A DNA stretch of 53,806 nucleotides, taken from IMG/VR virus record IMGVR_UViG_3300045988_065514; one strand, written 5' to 3'. This DNA comes from a virus. Shown piece after piece: positions 42,501 through 50,425 of the stretch; position 1 is the stretch's first letter, and each line of letters begins with the position of its first letter. A model generated the notes under the pieces. The model made no database searches. It had not been told where the DNA came from and saw nothing but the letters and a program-made list of their open reading frames with translations. A program made the position numbers and the translations under genes.

Positions 42501-43751
42501 TTATTTCGTACCGTAGAACACCCAATCCAGGACACGACGATTCGCCTCGTCCACCTTCCGCTGGTCGAAATCGATATAGATATCGGTAACGGAAGAACCA
42601 CCATGACCAAGCGCATGGGCGATAACGTCCTTTGGGATATCCAGGGAAGCAGCAATCGTCGCCCAGGAATGGCGAGCTACATAGGAAGACAGCATCGGGA
42701 AGGCAGGACGGAACACCTCCACTTCACGATACACGCCCAGATCATCGGTGCGCCATTCCTTCACGACAGAACCAACAGCCTTCAAGCCACGGCACATTTG
42801 CATAGTAAAGGAGGTATAGCGTTTTCGGTTTTCCCCCCAGGAGACAAGCCGACCACAGGAGCCGTGATACTTCTCGATGAGAGCAGCAGCTTCTGGCTCC
42901 ACCTTGATATCATAGAGCCGCCCAGTTTTGGAGCGACGATAGGACAGGCGACCATCGACAAGCTGCCCATCTTTCAGAGCCAGCAGATCAACCAGGTTAA
43001 TGCCGACCAAGCAGAACGAGAGCTTGAAGGCATCGACATACTGCTGCTGCCAGGTCAAACCAGGGAACGAGAACAGCGAGCGAAGAGCCTCCACCGATAC
43101 AGCTCGTTTCTTGGTCGCCTCCGATTTCACCTTGAAGGAGCGGAACGGGTACCAGGAGGTGATGCCATTATCGATGGCATCATTGAAGACAGCTCGAACG
43201 TTTCGCAGATGGATGGAGCGAGCATTCACGGAAGGACACCCACCCTGCTCGGTACCAAGCCACGCCTCGAACCTGGACAGCCAATCTTTCGTGATGCGCT
43301 CGAAGGAGAGAGACTCGGCATGAGAGTCAAACGCAAGCACCTTCTTAACGGTCACCAGGTAGATATCACGAGTTCGAGGAGACCTGCACAGCGAGGCATA
43401 GGAGCGGAAACGAGCCAAGAACCGATTATCGACACCAGCATCAGGGCGAAGTTCAGCAGCCACCCGATTCTTTACCTCGACAGCCGACAAGCCAACGAGA
43501 TCACCAGCAGAGGTCAGCTTCAGAATGATTTCAGAGACACGAGCCATCTGCTGCAGCAGGAAGAGATTTGTGGATTCATCGTTCATGGTACCACGCACCT
43601 TTTGCGCCTTGGCATCCCACTGAGAAGGAAGCAGACGAATACCAACAGGGAGCTGGGAATGGGAACGCTGACGGCAAAAATCGAACTTCAAGGAAGCAAG
43701 ACCACCGTCGGGAACACCACGAACATCCAGATAATAATGCACTCTAATCAT
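42501..43751 (-). CDS. int: Tyrosine integrase, Bacteroidota (IntDOT-like) type (416 aa)
   Basis: C-terminal catalytic region ...YRRSKTG...VARHSWAT...HALGHGGSSVTDIYI. The start is taken at MIRVHYYLDV. The longer track ORF runs through the tRNA fragment. Confidence 0.9.
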   Translation of the reverse strand: MIRVHYYLDVRGVPDGGLASLKFDFCRQRSHSQLPVGIRLLPSQWDAKAQKVRGTMNDESTNLFLLQQMARVSEIILKLTSAGDLVGLSAVEVKNRVAAELRPDAGVDNRFLARFRSYASLCRSPRTRDIYLVTVKKVLAFDSHAESLSFERITKDWLSRFEAWLGTEQGGCPSVNARSIHLRNVRAVFNDAIDNGITSWYPFRSFKVKSEATKKRAVSVEALRSLFSFPGLTWQQQYVDAFKLSFCLVGINLVDLLALKDGQLVDGRLSYRRSKTGRLYDIKVEPEAAALIEKYHGSCGRLVSWGENRKRYTSFTMQMCRGLKAVGSVVKEWRTDDLGVYREVEVFRPAFPMLSSYVARHSWATIAASLDIPKDVIAHALGHGGSSVTDIYIDFDQRKVDEANRRVLDWVFYGTK

Positions 43752-43764
43752 TTTTCCGAAATTT

Positions 43765-43786
43765 AACTGCACGCATTTTGCACGCA
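43765..43786 (+). repeat. 22-bp repeat AACTGCACGCATTTTGCACGCA (candidate arm-type site, P side)
   Basis: Contains GCACGCA twice, 11 bp apart. Matches 43996-44017 at 21/22 positions. Confidence 0.5.
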
Positions 43787-43879
43787 TTTTGCAACAAAGA
43801 GAAACAAAAGGGAGAAAAGCGCAACAAAGCTGGCAGAACAAAAACGCAATAAATAAAGGAGAAATAAACTGATTATAAG

Positions 43880-43940
43880 CGGAAAGAGGGGGATTCGAAC
43901 CCCCGAACCGGTTTTGCCGGTTACACGCTTTCCAGGCGTA
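43880..43940 (-). other. attP core: 3' ~60 nt of a tRNA-Ser(GGA) (partial tRNA, not a complete gene)
   Basis: The reverse complement reads TACGC-CTGGAAA-GCGTG (anticodon arm, GGA), CCGG-CAAAA-CCGG (long variable arm), GGGGG-TTCGAAT-CCCCC (T arm), TCTTTCC-G (acceptor 3' strand). There is no matching 5' acceptor or D arm. Confidence 0.7.
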
Positions 43941-43990
43941 AATCCTCAATCCGTAATCATTTATTTTTCAACACCTTACAAAACAGCCTT

Positions 43991-44302
43991 TCAAGAACTG
44001 CACGTATTTTGCACGCAAGTCCCGTTTTTAACATTCGCAGAGACGCAATCACGCTCCAGAAAAGCACCATCACCAAGAAGAAGCCAGCGAGCGGAAACGC
44101 CATAATCACGAACCAGATAGGTGAGCCAGGACAGCTGGAACAAATCACGAGACGGATCCTTCTCGCAGCTGTTCATGTTCCACCGATTAATACCATACCG
44201 GTCGGTGAAAGTCTTCTTGCCACGAATCACACGCTGCTCCTTCAGCAGACGCAGAGCCAGGAAGAACCGACATGCGACCTTTACAGATTCAACACTTTGC
44301 AT
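43991..44302 (-). CDS. CI-type HTH domain protein (103 aa)
   Basis: ...TYLVRDYGVSARWLLLGDGAF matches the ...WLLtGeG ending typical of phage CI-repressor/XRE HTH domains. Confidence 0.5.
   Translation of the reverse strand: MQSVESVKVACRFFLALRLLKEQRVIRGKKTFTDRYGINRWNMNSCEKDPSRDLFQLSWLTYLVRDYGVSARWLLLGDGAFLERDCVSANVKNGTCVQNTCSS
43996..44017 (+). repeat. 22-bp repeat AACTGCACGTATTTTGCACGCA (candidate arm-type site, P' side)
   Basis: Direct repeat of 43765-43786, on the other side of the tRNA-derived core. Confidence 0.5.
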
Positions 44303-44317
44303 AACCCATACATTTAA

Positions 44318-44638
44318 TTATTCAAAAACATCGCCCTCATCTTCATCGTCGCCATAGACATCACCAGCATAGATAGACTTTTCTACTTTATCCCAAACCT
44401 CCTTCTTTTCGGGAAGTTCAGAACGAAGGACAGACAACGCATTATAGCGAGGGCTTACCAATGACGGATCACCATCCTGCCCTGTCGCAATAAGCGCAAG
44501 ACTATCAAGCTCCGCATCCTTATATTCACGAGCCATCTGCTTTTCAATCCACTTCTGGCGAATAGCCTCATCGGAGTTCCTGGAGGTACAAGACCAAAAC
44601 AAGGATAAGACAAGCAGCACAAATAAGACCTTTTTCAT
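44318..44638 (-). CDS. Prophage-encoded lipoprotein (106 aa)
   Basis: Signal peptide MKKVLFVLLVLSLFWSC with a lipobox Cys. Acidic C-terminus. Confidence 0.6.
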   Translation of the reverse strand: MKKVLFVLLVLSLFWSCTSRNSDEAIRQKWIEKQMAREYKDAELDSLALIATGQDGDPSLVSPRYNALSVLRSELPEKKEVWDKVEKSIYAGDVYGDDEDEGDVFE

Positions 44639-45054
44639 AATTTACTTTTTTTATAAAGCAGCTCTGCCTTTGCCAACCTTTTCTCCAAACGAACGAAAGG
44701 AGAGTCATAACAACATTCATCAAACCGATGAGAAAGCCCCAACTTTACAACACGAACCTCATCACCATAGCGTTTCAATTTCCGATAAAGGACAGCAAGA
44801 CGCTCTATAGAATAAAGGTAAACGTTAACACGAAGCAAAGGAGAAGCCTCCCCATAAGCGACGCATTGCTCATAAGCTGACACAGCAGCAGGAAAATCCT
44901 TCATTTTTTCAAATGAAATACCTTTATTTTGAAAGCCCATCACAACAGAGAATGCATCGTTAAATTTGCGGTTTTCATCACGAAGACGAGCCACACCATT
45001 CTGCGCTTCCAATGTCATTTGGTCATAGAGAGCCATTTTTTCTTCAAATAACAT
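44635..45054 (-). CDS. TPR-like helical protein (139 aa)
   Basis: ATGA-coupled to the lipoprotein gene. Helical repeats such as AVSAYEQCVAYGE and ERLAVLYRKLKRYGDE. Confidence 0.4.
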   Translation of the reverse strand: MLFEEKMALYDQMTLEAQNGVARLRDENRKFNDAFSVVMGFQNKGISFEKMKDFPAAVSAYEQCVAYGEASPLLRVNVYLYSIERLAVLYRKLKRYGDEVRVVKLGLSHRFDECCYDSPFVRLEKRLAKAELLYKKSKL

Positions 45055-45060
45055 AACCCT

Positions 45061-45465
45061 TTATTTACCAGACAACACCTTGACCAACGACAGAAGCTCG
45101 TCCACTTGTGCCTGTGCCTTTTCCGTTAAACGACGCTGAGCCGCAAGTTCATCGAAGGCACGAAGAAGAGCATCTGAATTATTCACATTGTTCCCGACAC
45201 CAGCAACAGCAGTTCCACCTCCTGCATTGGCATCATTAGAGCCAGCAATGGATGAGCCACCATAGAAGAGAGACACATCGCAGCCTATGGCACGAGCGAC
45301 ATCTTCAAGCAATCCACTCTTAACATCAGCAGCCTTCAATTGAGAATGAAGACGCTGATCATTGTCATACCCTAATTTTGTAGCAAGCTCGGCAAGATTA
45401 ACCCCCAAGCTGCGAAGTTTTTCTTTTACTGACCTTCCGTCCATAACCAACACTTTTGTTTGCAT
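45061..45465 (-). CDS. Putative prophage repressor, XRE-type HTH (134 aa)
   Basis: VKEKLRSLGVNLAELATKLGYDNDQRLHSQLK is HTH-like. A Gly/Asn linker and a C-terminal coiled coil follow. Divergent from the early operon. Confidence 0.6.
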   Translation of the reverse strand: MQTKVLVMDGRSVKEKLRSLGVNLAELATKLGYDNDQRLHSQLKAADVKSGLLEDVARAIGCDVSLFYGGSSIAGSNDANAGGGTAVAGVGNNVNNSDALLRAFDELAAQRRLTEKAQAQVDELLSLVKVLSGK

Positions 45466-45489
45466 TAAGTTTTATTAACAAAGAAAACC

Positions 45490-45522
45490 AACAATTTTCT
45501 TGGTGATACCAATAGAATTGTT
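45490..45522. promoter_or_regulatory. Imperfect inverted repeat aacaattttcttgg-N5-ccaatagaattgtt
   Basis: 12/14 complementary arms abutting the rightward -7 box. Confidence 0.35.
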
Positions 45523-45530
45523 TATCTTTG
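45523..45530 (+). promoter_or_regulatory. -7 promoter box TATCTTTG (rightward early promoter)
   Basis: Matches TAnnTTTG, ~83 nt before ATG 45613. Confidence 0.45.
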
Positions 45531-45539
45531 CACCCGAAA

Positions 45540-45557
45540 AACGTTAGCAATAACGTT
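45540..45557. promoter_or_regulatory. Perfect palindrome AACGTTA-gcaa-TAACGTT (operator candidate)
   Basis: 7-bp arms located between the two opposing -7 boxes. Confidence 0.45.
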
Positions 45558-45565
45558 ACAACGTA

Positions 45566-45573
45566 CAAAAGTA
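45566..45573 (-). promoter_or_regulatory. -7 promoter box TACTTTTG (leftward promoter, minus strand)
   Basis: Plus-strand caaaagta is TACTTTTG on the minus strand, pointing toward the repressor gene. Confidence 0.35.
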
Positions 45574-45612
45574 AACAAAAAAGTTGAAATAACAAAATAA
45601 AAAGGAGAAAAA

Positions 45613-45846
45613 ATGACAGAGATTGATTTGATGACTCCAATGGAGAGGAAGAGAAAGGAGCGCAACGAGGCAATCATCGCAGAGTTCAAGGAGCTCGCAC
45701 CAAAGCTCACAGCGCAGGGAATGAAGCCATACCGCATACTGCGAGCATTGGCTGAGAAGCACGGAATCACCACCAGCGGTGTCCGTTTCATTCTGGTCGA
45801 GGCAGGCGTTTATGAGACTGCCGAGAAAGTAAGTAAATCACATTAA
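45613..45846 (+). CDS. Small DNA-binding protein, Cro/early-regulator candidate (77 aa)
   Basis: First gene of the rightward operon. YRILRALAEKHGITTSGVRFIL is HTH-like. Confidence 0.4.
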   Translation: MTEIDLMTPMERKRKERNEAIIAEFKELAPKLTAQGMKPYRILRALAEKHGITTSGVRFILVEAGVYETAEKVSKSH

Positions 45847-45869
45847 CAAAAAAAGACAGGAGGCAAGAC

Positions 45870-46076
45870 ATGAAAAAGATTGAAAGAGGAATCATGTGGG
45901 CAGCAGCGATATCAGCCCTGGTTCTAGGAATCACGCAGACAGCGACCGCCATCATCCGAGGCGAATGGTTCATGGCTTTTGTTTTTGCGGTGTTCATCGC
46001 AATAAGCAAAGGGATGATGGAAGCCCTGGACGCTAAGAAGAGAAAGGAGGTATCCGATGACGGAGACGCAGCCTAA
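45870..46076 (+). CDS. Small membrane protein (68 aa)
   Basis: Two hydrophobic helices (IMWAAAISALVLGI; WFMAFVFAVFIAI). Confidence 0.45.
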   Translation: MKKIERGIMWAAAISALVLGITQTATAIIRGEWFMAFVFAVFIAISKGMMEALDAKKRKEVSDDGDAA

Positions 46077-46254
46077 CATCAACCCAGCAGGACGGTACAC
46101 CATCGCCAAGACCTGCGAGATTCTGCAGATCAACCGCACCACCCTGCACCGCCACACCAAGAAGGGTCACATCAAGGTTTACTACCGCAAGAGTACGAAC
46201 CGACCATTCTACAAGGGGCTGGACATTTTGAAATTTTGGCAGATTGCCATATAA
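46057..46254 (+). CDS. Excisionase-family (MerR-like HTH_17) DNA-binding protein (65 aa)
   Basis: YTIAKTCEILQINRTTLHRHTKKGHIKVY fits the excisionase-type HTH pattern. Confidence 0.5.
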   Translation: MTETQPNINPAGRYTIAKTCEILQINRTTLHRHTKKGHIKVYYRKSTNRPFYKGLDILKFWQIAI

Positions 46255-46284
46255 CATAAGTTTAACGTTTAGATAGAAGAAATT

Positions 46285-46674
46285 ATGGGATTATTTAGTA
46301 ACAAAGAGACAGAAGAGAAGAACGAGTTCGGATTCATCGGAGCTTCAGAGTGGATGAATGAACAGGCGAAGACCGCAAAAGCCTTCAACGAGGAGGACGA
46401 TAAGATGGCTGGACAGAACAAGCCAAAGCAGGCTCGCCTCTTCATAGCCATCGAAGACAACGGCAAGACAGACAGCGTAGCGATGGCTATCAAGACGAAC
46501 GACCCGAGACTTTTAACCAGAGCACTCTATAAGATAGGACAGAAGGACGAGACATTCGCCAAGTTCCTCAAGCTCGCAGCAGCAAAGCTCGGTTTCATGG
46601 AGAAATTGGAGCATGACAATGAGATGACAGCAAGCTCGAAAGAATTAATGAAACACTTAATAGAAATCATTTAA
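46285..46674 (+). CDS. Hypothetical protein (129 aa)
   Basis: ATG ORF. Confidence 0.5.
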   Translation: MGLFSNKETEEKNEFGFIGASEWMNEQAKTAKAFNEEDDKMAGQNKPKQARLFIAIEDNGKTDSVAMAIKTNDPRLLTRALYKIGQKDETFAKFLKLAAAKLGFMEKLEHDNEMTASSKELMKHLIEII

Positions 46675-46683
46675 TACAGCAAC

Positions 46684-48663
46684 ATGAGAATAGAATTCAA
46701 AGCCATCACCATTAAGAACTTCAAGGGAGTTCTTGGCGAGAGAACAATCAACTTCAACCCAACGCTCACCCAGATCATGGGAGCGAACTACGCAGGCAAG
46801 ACAACCATCGTGGATGCAGTACGCTGGGTATTGTTCGACAAGAACAGCGAAGGAATGCAGGTCTTCGGCATTGACCCGAAAGACGAGAACGGACAGGTTA
46901 TCCACCACCTCGACAATACCGTAGTGCTGGAATTGACAGCAGACGGAAAAGACTACAAGCTCGAAAAGGTAAGAACAGAGACCTGGACGAAGCCACGCAA
47001 GCAGGAGGAGGCAGTGATGAAGGGACACACCACCAAGTTCTTTGTCAACGAAGACAAGTACACTGCGAAGGACTATGCGGCATTCATTGACAGCCTCTGC
47101 AAGGAGGAGCTTTTCAAGATGCTGACAATGCCTTCATACTTCCCGAACCTTCCAGCAGAGAGTCAGCGCAAGCTGCTGATTAAAATGGTCGGCAACACCA
47201 GCGACGAAGATATCGCAGGTGACAACGAGGACTTCAAGGCATTGCTTACGACCCTGGCAGGTACGGACATTCAGAAGTATCGAGAGCAGCTCCGATACAA
47301 GATTTCCGAGCTGAAGAAGGAAATCGGGCAAATACCAAGTCGCATCAACGAGAACACCGAGGAGCTGAAGAAGCTGGAGAAAGACAAGCCGAACTTCGAG
47401 CTGACAAGAAAGAGAGTCAAGGAAATCGAGAAAGGCATCGAGAACATCGACAATGAGCTCACGGACTTAAGCCGCACCGTAGACGCAGATTTCAACGAGC
47501 GCACAAAGGAGCGCACCGAAATTAACAAGCTCAAGCAGCGCATGGAGGAAATCGTACAGAGCTACCAGGATAAGAACACGGCAGAGGAGCGCAAGCACAA
47601 GAAAGCCATCGACGATGCCAAGTACGAAATCGAGGTAACAGACAGATCCATCCGCAACGCCAAGGCTGCGGTCGAGGATGCGGAAGCGCAGCTCAACAAG
47701 ATAGCCATCGCAAGCGAAGACTTCAAGAACCGCTGGAATAAGCTCGACCAAACCACATTTGCATGGGACGACAACCAGGAGGTCTGCCCTACCTGCCACC
47801 AACGCCTCCCACAGGAAGACATAGACCGCATGAAGGCAGAGATGGAGGGTAACTTCAACGACAACAAGAGCAAGCAGTTCGACGCAATGTACGAAGAGGC
47901 AGCCCGAATTAAAAAGCGCAAAGCTGACGCAGAGGCAACCATCAAGACCGCCAAGGACAACCAGGTAAAGCTGGATCAGCAGCGCACGGAGCAGGAAGAA
48001 GCCTTGAAGAAGGCGCAGGAAGCTCAGCCGAACCTCGTCTATCACACGGACGATGAGGAATACCAGCAGCTGCAGATGGACGTGAACACAAGAACAGCAG
48101 CCCTTGAAGCAAGAACCGCTGAAGAGACAAGCGATACCAGAGTGCAGCAGGAAGCCAACCTCAAACAGCGCAAGGCTGAGCAGAACCGACTCCGAGACGA
48201 GCTCCGAGATGAGCTGGCGAAGGAACAGCGCATCACCGACAAGCAGAACCGCATCAAGGAGCTGGAGGACAGACAGAAGAACTTGAACCAGCAGCTAACA
48301 GACCTGGAGAAGCAGGACTACACAGCCGAGCAGTTCACCATCGCCAAGATTACAGACCTGCAGACAAAGGTCAACAAGCTCTTCACAAACGTTCAATTCC
48401 AGATGTTCGAGCCATTCATTACAACAGAGGGAATCAAGACGACATGCGAATGCACCATGCACGGCACGCCTTACAGAGACCTCTCGACCAGCGAGAAGAT
48501 AAACGCAGGAATCGACATCATCAACGCAGCCTGCCGATTCAACGACATCTACGCACCTTTGCTCATTGACAACGCAGAGAGCATCACGGACATCTTGCCG
48601 ACAAGAAGCCAGCAGATTCTCCTCATTGTTTCACGAGACAAGGAGCTAACGATAATTCAGTAA
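46684..48663 (+). CDS. Rad50/SbcC-like AAA ATPase (659 aa)
   Basis: N-terminal P-loop GANYAGKTT, a ~400-aa coiled coil interrupted by CPTCHQ (zinc-hook-like CxxC), and C-terminal LLIDNAES (Walker B/D-loop). Confidence 0.7.
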   Translation: MRIEFKAITIKNFKGVLGERTINFNPTLTQIMGANYAGKTTIVDAVRWVLFDKNSEGMQVFGIDPKDENGQVIHHLDNTVVLELTADGKDYKLEKVRTETWTKPRKQEEAVMKGHTTKFFVNEDKYTAKDYAAFIDSLCKEELFKMLTMPSYFPNLPAESQRKLLIKMVGNTSDEDIAGDNEDFKALLTTLAGTDIQKYREQLRYKISELKKEIGQIPSRINENTEELKKLEKDKPNFELTRKRVKEIEKGIENIDNELTDLSRTVDADFNERTKERTEINKLKQRMEEIVQSYQDKNTAEERKHKKAIDDAKYEIEVTDRSIRNAKAAVEDAEAQLNKIAIASEDFKNRWNKLDQTTFAWDDNQEVCPTCHQRLPQEDIDRMKAEMEGNFNDNKSKQFDAMYEEAARIKKRKADAEATIKTAKDNQVKLDQQRTEQEEALKKAQEAQPNLVYHTDDEEYQQLQMDVNTRTAALEARTAEETSDTRVQQEANLKQRKAEQNRLRDELRDELAKEQRITDKQNRIKELEDRQKNLNQQLTDLEKQDYTAEQFTIAKITDLQTKVNKLFTNVQFQMFEPFITTEGIKTTCECTMHGTPYRDLSTSEKINAGIDIINAACRFNDIYAPLLIDNAESITDILPTRSQQILLIVSRDKELTIIQ

Positions 48664-48685
48664 CAATTTTAAAACGAAAGTGATT

Positions 48686-49657
48686 ATGACACAAACATCT
48701 CAACAGGGAGGACAGCAGCCGCAGACGCAGCTCACCTCACAGAACGCAACCGCTTTAAAGCGCATGCAGGAAGAGACAACGCAACAGATTATGGAAAGAG
48801 TAACAGGCTGGCAAGAGACAGGCGAGGTCGTCCTGCCAAAGGGCTACCACGTAGGAAACGCCATCAAACTAGCCTGGCTTTACCTTCAGACGGTAGAGAA
48901 CCTGCAGCACCAGAAGGCAATCGACTACTGCACAAAGGACAGCATTTGCAACGCCCTCTTGAACATGGTCATCAACGGAGAATACCCACAGAAGCATTGC
49001 TACTTCATCATGTACGGCAACCGCCTCGAATGGCAGGAGCGATACCTGGGTAAGCTCATGCGAGCTAAGCGAGACACCGAAATCGGGAAGGTCAACGCCC
49101 AGGTCATCTACGAAGGAGACGAGTTCGTCTACACCATCGACGAGAACGGAGAGAAGCAGCTGGTCAAGCATGTACCGAACCTTGCAAACATCGACAACAC
49201 CAAGATTCTCGCAGCCTACGCAGTGGTCATTAACAAGGACGGCACACGCCACATCGAGGTGATGACAAGAACGCAGATCCAGAAGGCATGGGAACAGGGA
49301 GCCATGAAGGGCAAGAGCGGAGCACATACAAACTTCACCGACCAGATGTGCATGAAGACCGTCATCCAGCGAGCCTGCAAGATTGCCCTCGACAGCACCG
49401 CTGACCCAGGCGATGACGACCCAAACCACTACGACGAAGCGACAGCAGAGCGAGAGGCTGCACAAGGCAGACAGGCTATCGATGCAGAAGCGGTGGAGGT
49501 CAAGGACGAACAGGTAGCCGCACCAGCTCCGAAGGGACTCGAAGCTAATGCAAGCTACATCGACATGAGCAATACACAGCAGCCAGCAGCAGAACCTGCT
49601 CCTGCTGCCAACGCAAACGCAGGGACAGGAGCCAGCAGAGCCTGCCCATTGCCATAA
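48686..49657 (+). CDS. recT: RecT-family single-strand annealing protein (323 aa)
   Basis: First ATG (the track start 48680 is GTG). The core ...CYFIMYGNRLEWQERYLGKLMRAKRD...VIYEGDEF... resembles RecT. The neighbours are recombination genes. Confidence 0.6.
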   Translation: MTQTSQQGGQQPQTQLTSQNATALKRMQEETTQQIMERVTGWQETGEVVLPKGYHVGNAIKLAWLYLQTVENLQHQKAIDYCTKDSICNALLNMVINGEYPQKHCYFIMYGNRLEWQERYLGKLMRAKRDTEIGKVNAQVIYEGDEFVYTIDENGEKQLVKHVPNLANIDNTKILAAYAVVINKDGTRHIEVMTRTQIQKAWEQGAMKGKSGAHTNFTDQMCMKTVIQRACKIALDSTADPGDDDPNHYDEATAEREAAQGRQAIDAEAVEVKDEQVAAPAPKGLEANASYIDMSNTQQPAAEPAPAANANAGTGASRACPLP

Positions 49658-49675
49658 ACATAGGAGGGAAGAGCA

Positions 49676-50416
49676 ATGAAGATGACAATCCTCGGAAGCA
49701 GCAGCAAGGGTAACTGCTACGTCTTGCAGAACGACAGCGAAGCCCTGATCATCGAGGCAGGCATGAGCCTCGCAGAGGTCAAGAAGGCACTCGGATGGGA
49801 CATCGCAAAGGTGAAAGTTTGCATAATTTCACACCAGCACAACGACCACGCAGGACACGCAGCCGAATACGAGAAGGCAGGAATACCGCTGCTGGCTCTC
49901 CCCTCCGTTATTGAAGCCAAGAACCTGGAAGCAACCACAACCACCGCCATCAAGGATGGGTGCGGTTACATTTACGGAGGCTTTAGGATCCTGCCATTCA
50001 AGGTGAAGCACGACGTACCATGCGTAGGATACCTCATCGAGCACCAGGAGACAGGACGCATCCTGTTCTTCACGGACACCTACGCAATGCCTTACGATTT
50101 CCCGAACATCACACACTTCATGGCAGAAGCGAACTACAGCGACGAGATTCTCGACCACAACGTCCTCGAAGGCTACATACCAGCAGCACTCCGAAGAAGA
50201 GTTATCACCAGCCACATGAGCATCGACAACACCATCGGAATCTTGAAGCGACACGACCTCACCAAGACGAAGGACATCCTCCTAATCCACCTTTCAGATG
50301 GAAACAGCAACGAGAAGGAGTTCATCACCAAGGTGCGGAGAGCGACAGGTAAGACAACGAGAGCTGCCAGCCCAGGAATGGAGCTGGACTTCGACAAAGA
50401 TTTTATTAACATTTAA
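49676..50416 (+). CDS. Metallo-beta-lactamase-fold hydrolase/nuclease (246 aa)
   Basis: HQHNDHAGH matches the HxHxDH zinc motif. Confidence 0.75.
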   Translation: MKMTILGSSSKGNCYVLQNDSEALIIEAGMSLAEVKKALGWDIAKVKVCIISHQHNDHAGHAAEYEKAGIPLLALPSVIEAKNLEATTTTAIKDGCGYIYGGFRILPFKVKHDVPCVGYLIEHQETGRILFFTDTYAMPYDFPNITHFMAEANYSDEILDHNVLEGYIPAALRRRVITSHMSIDNTIGILKRHDLTKTKDILLIHLSDGNSNEKEFITKVRRATGKTTRAASPGMELDFDKDFINI

Positions 50417-50425
50417 ATTTACAAC

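Noticed and set aside
42603-43766. 387-aa plus-strand ORF across the integrase locus.
   Set aside because: It is antisense to a gene with clear tyrosine-recombinase motifs, and its own translation has no recognisable features.
43752-43949. 66-codon N-terminal extension of the integrase ORF (track ORF 42501-43949).
   Set aside because: The extension translates the tRNA-derived attP core and the repeat region (…GGSNPPLSA…). The Arm-type N-terminus begins naturally at MIRVHYYLDV (43751), just downstream of a promoter-like box.
43880-43960. Possible complete tRNA-Ser gene.
   Set aside because: Only the anticodon arm, variable arm, T arm and 3' acceptor strand are present. No 5' acceptor strand (GGAAAGA) or D arm precedes them. 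It is an attP fragment, not a functional tRNA.
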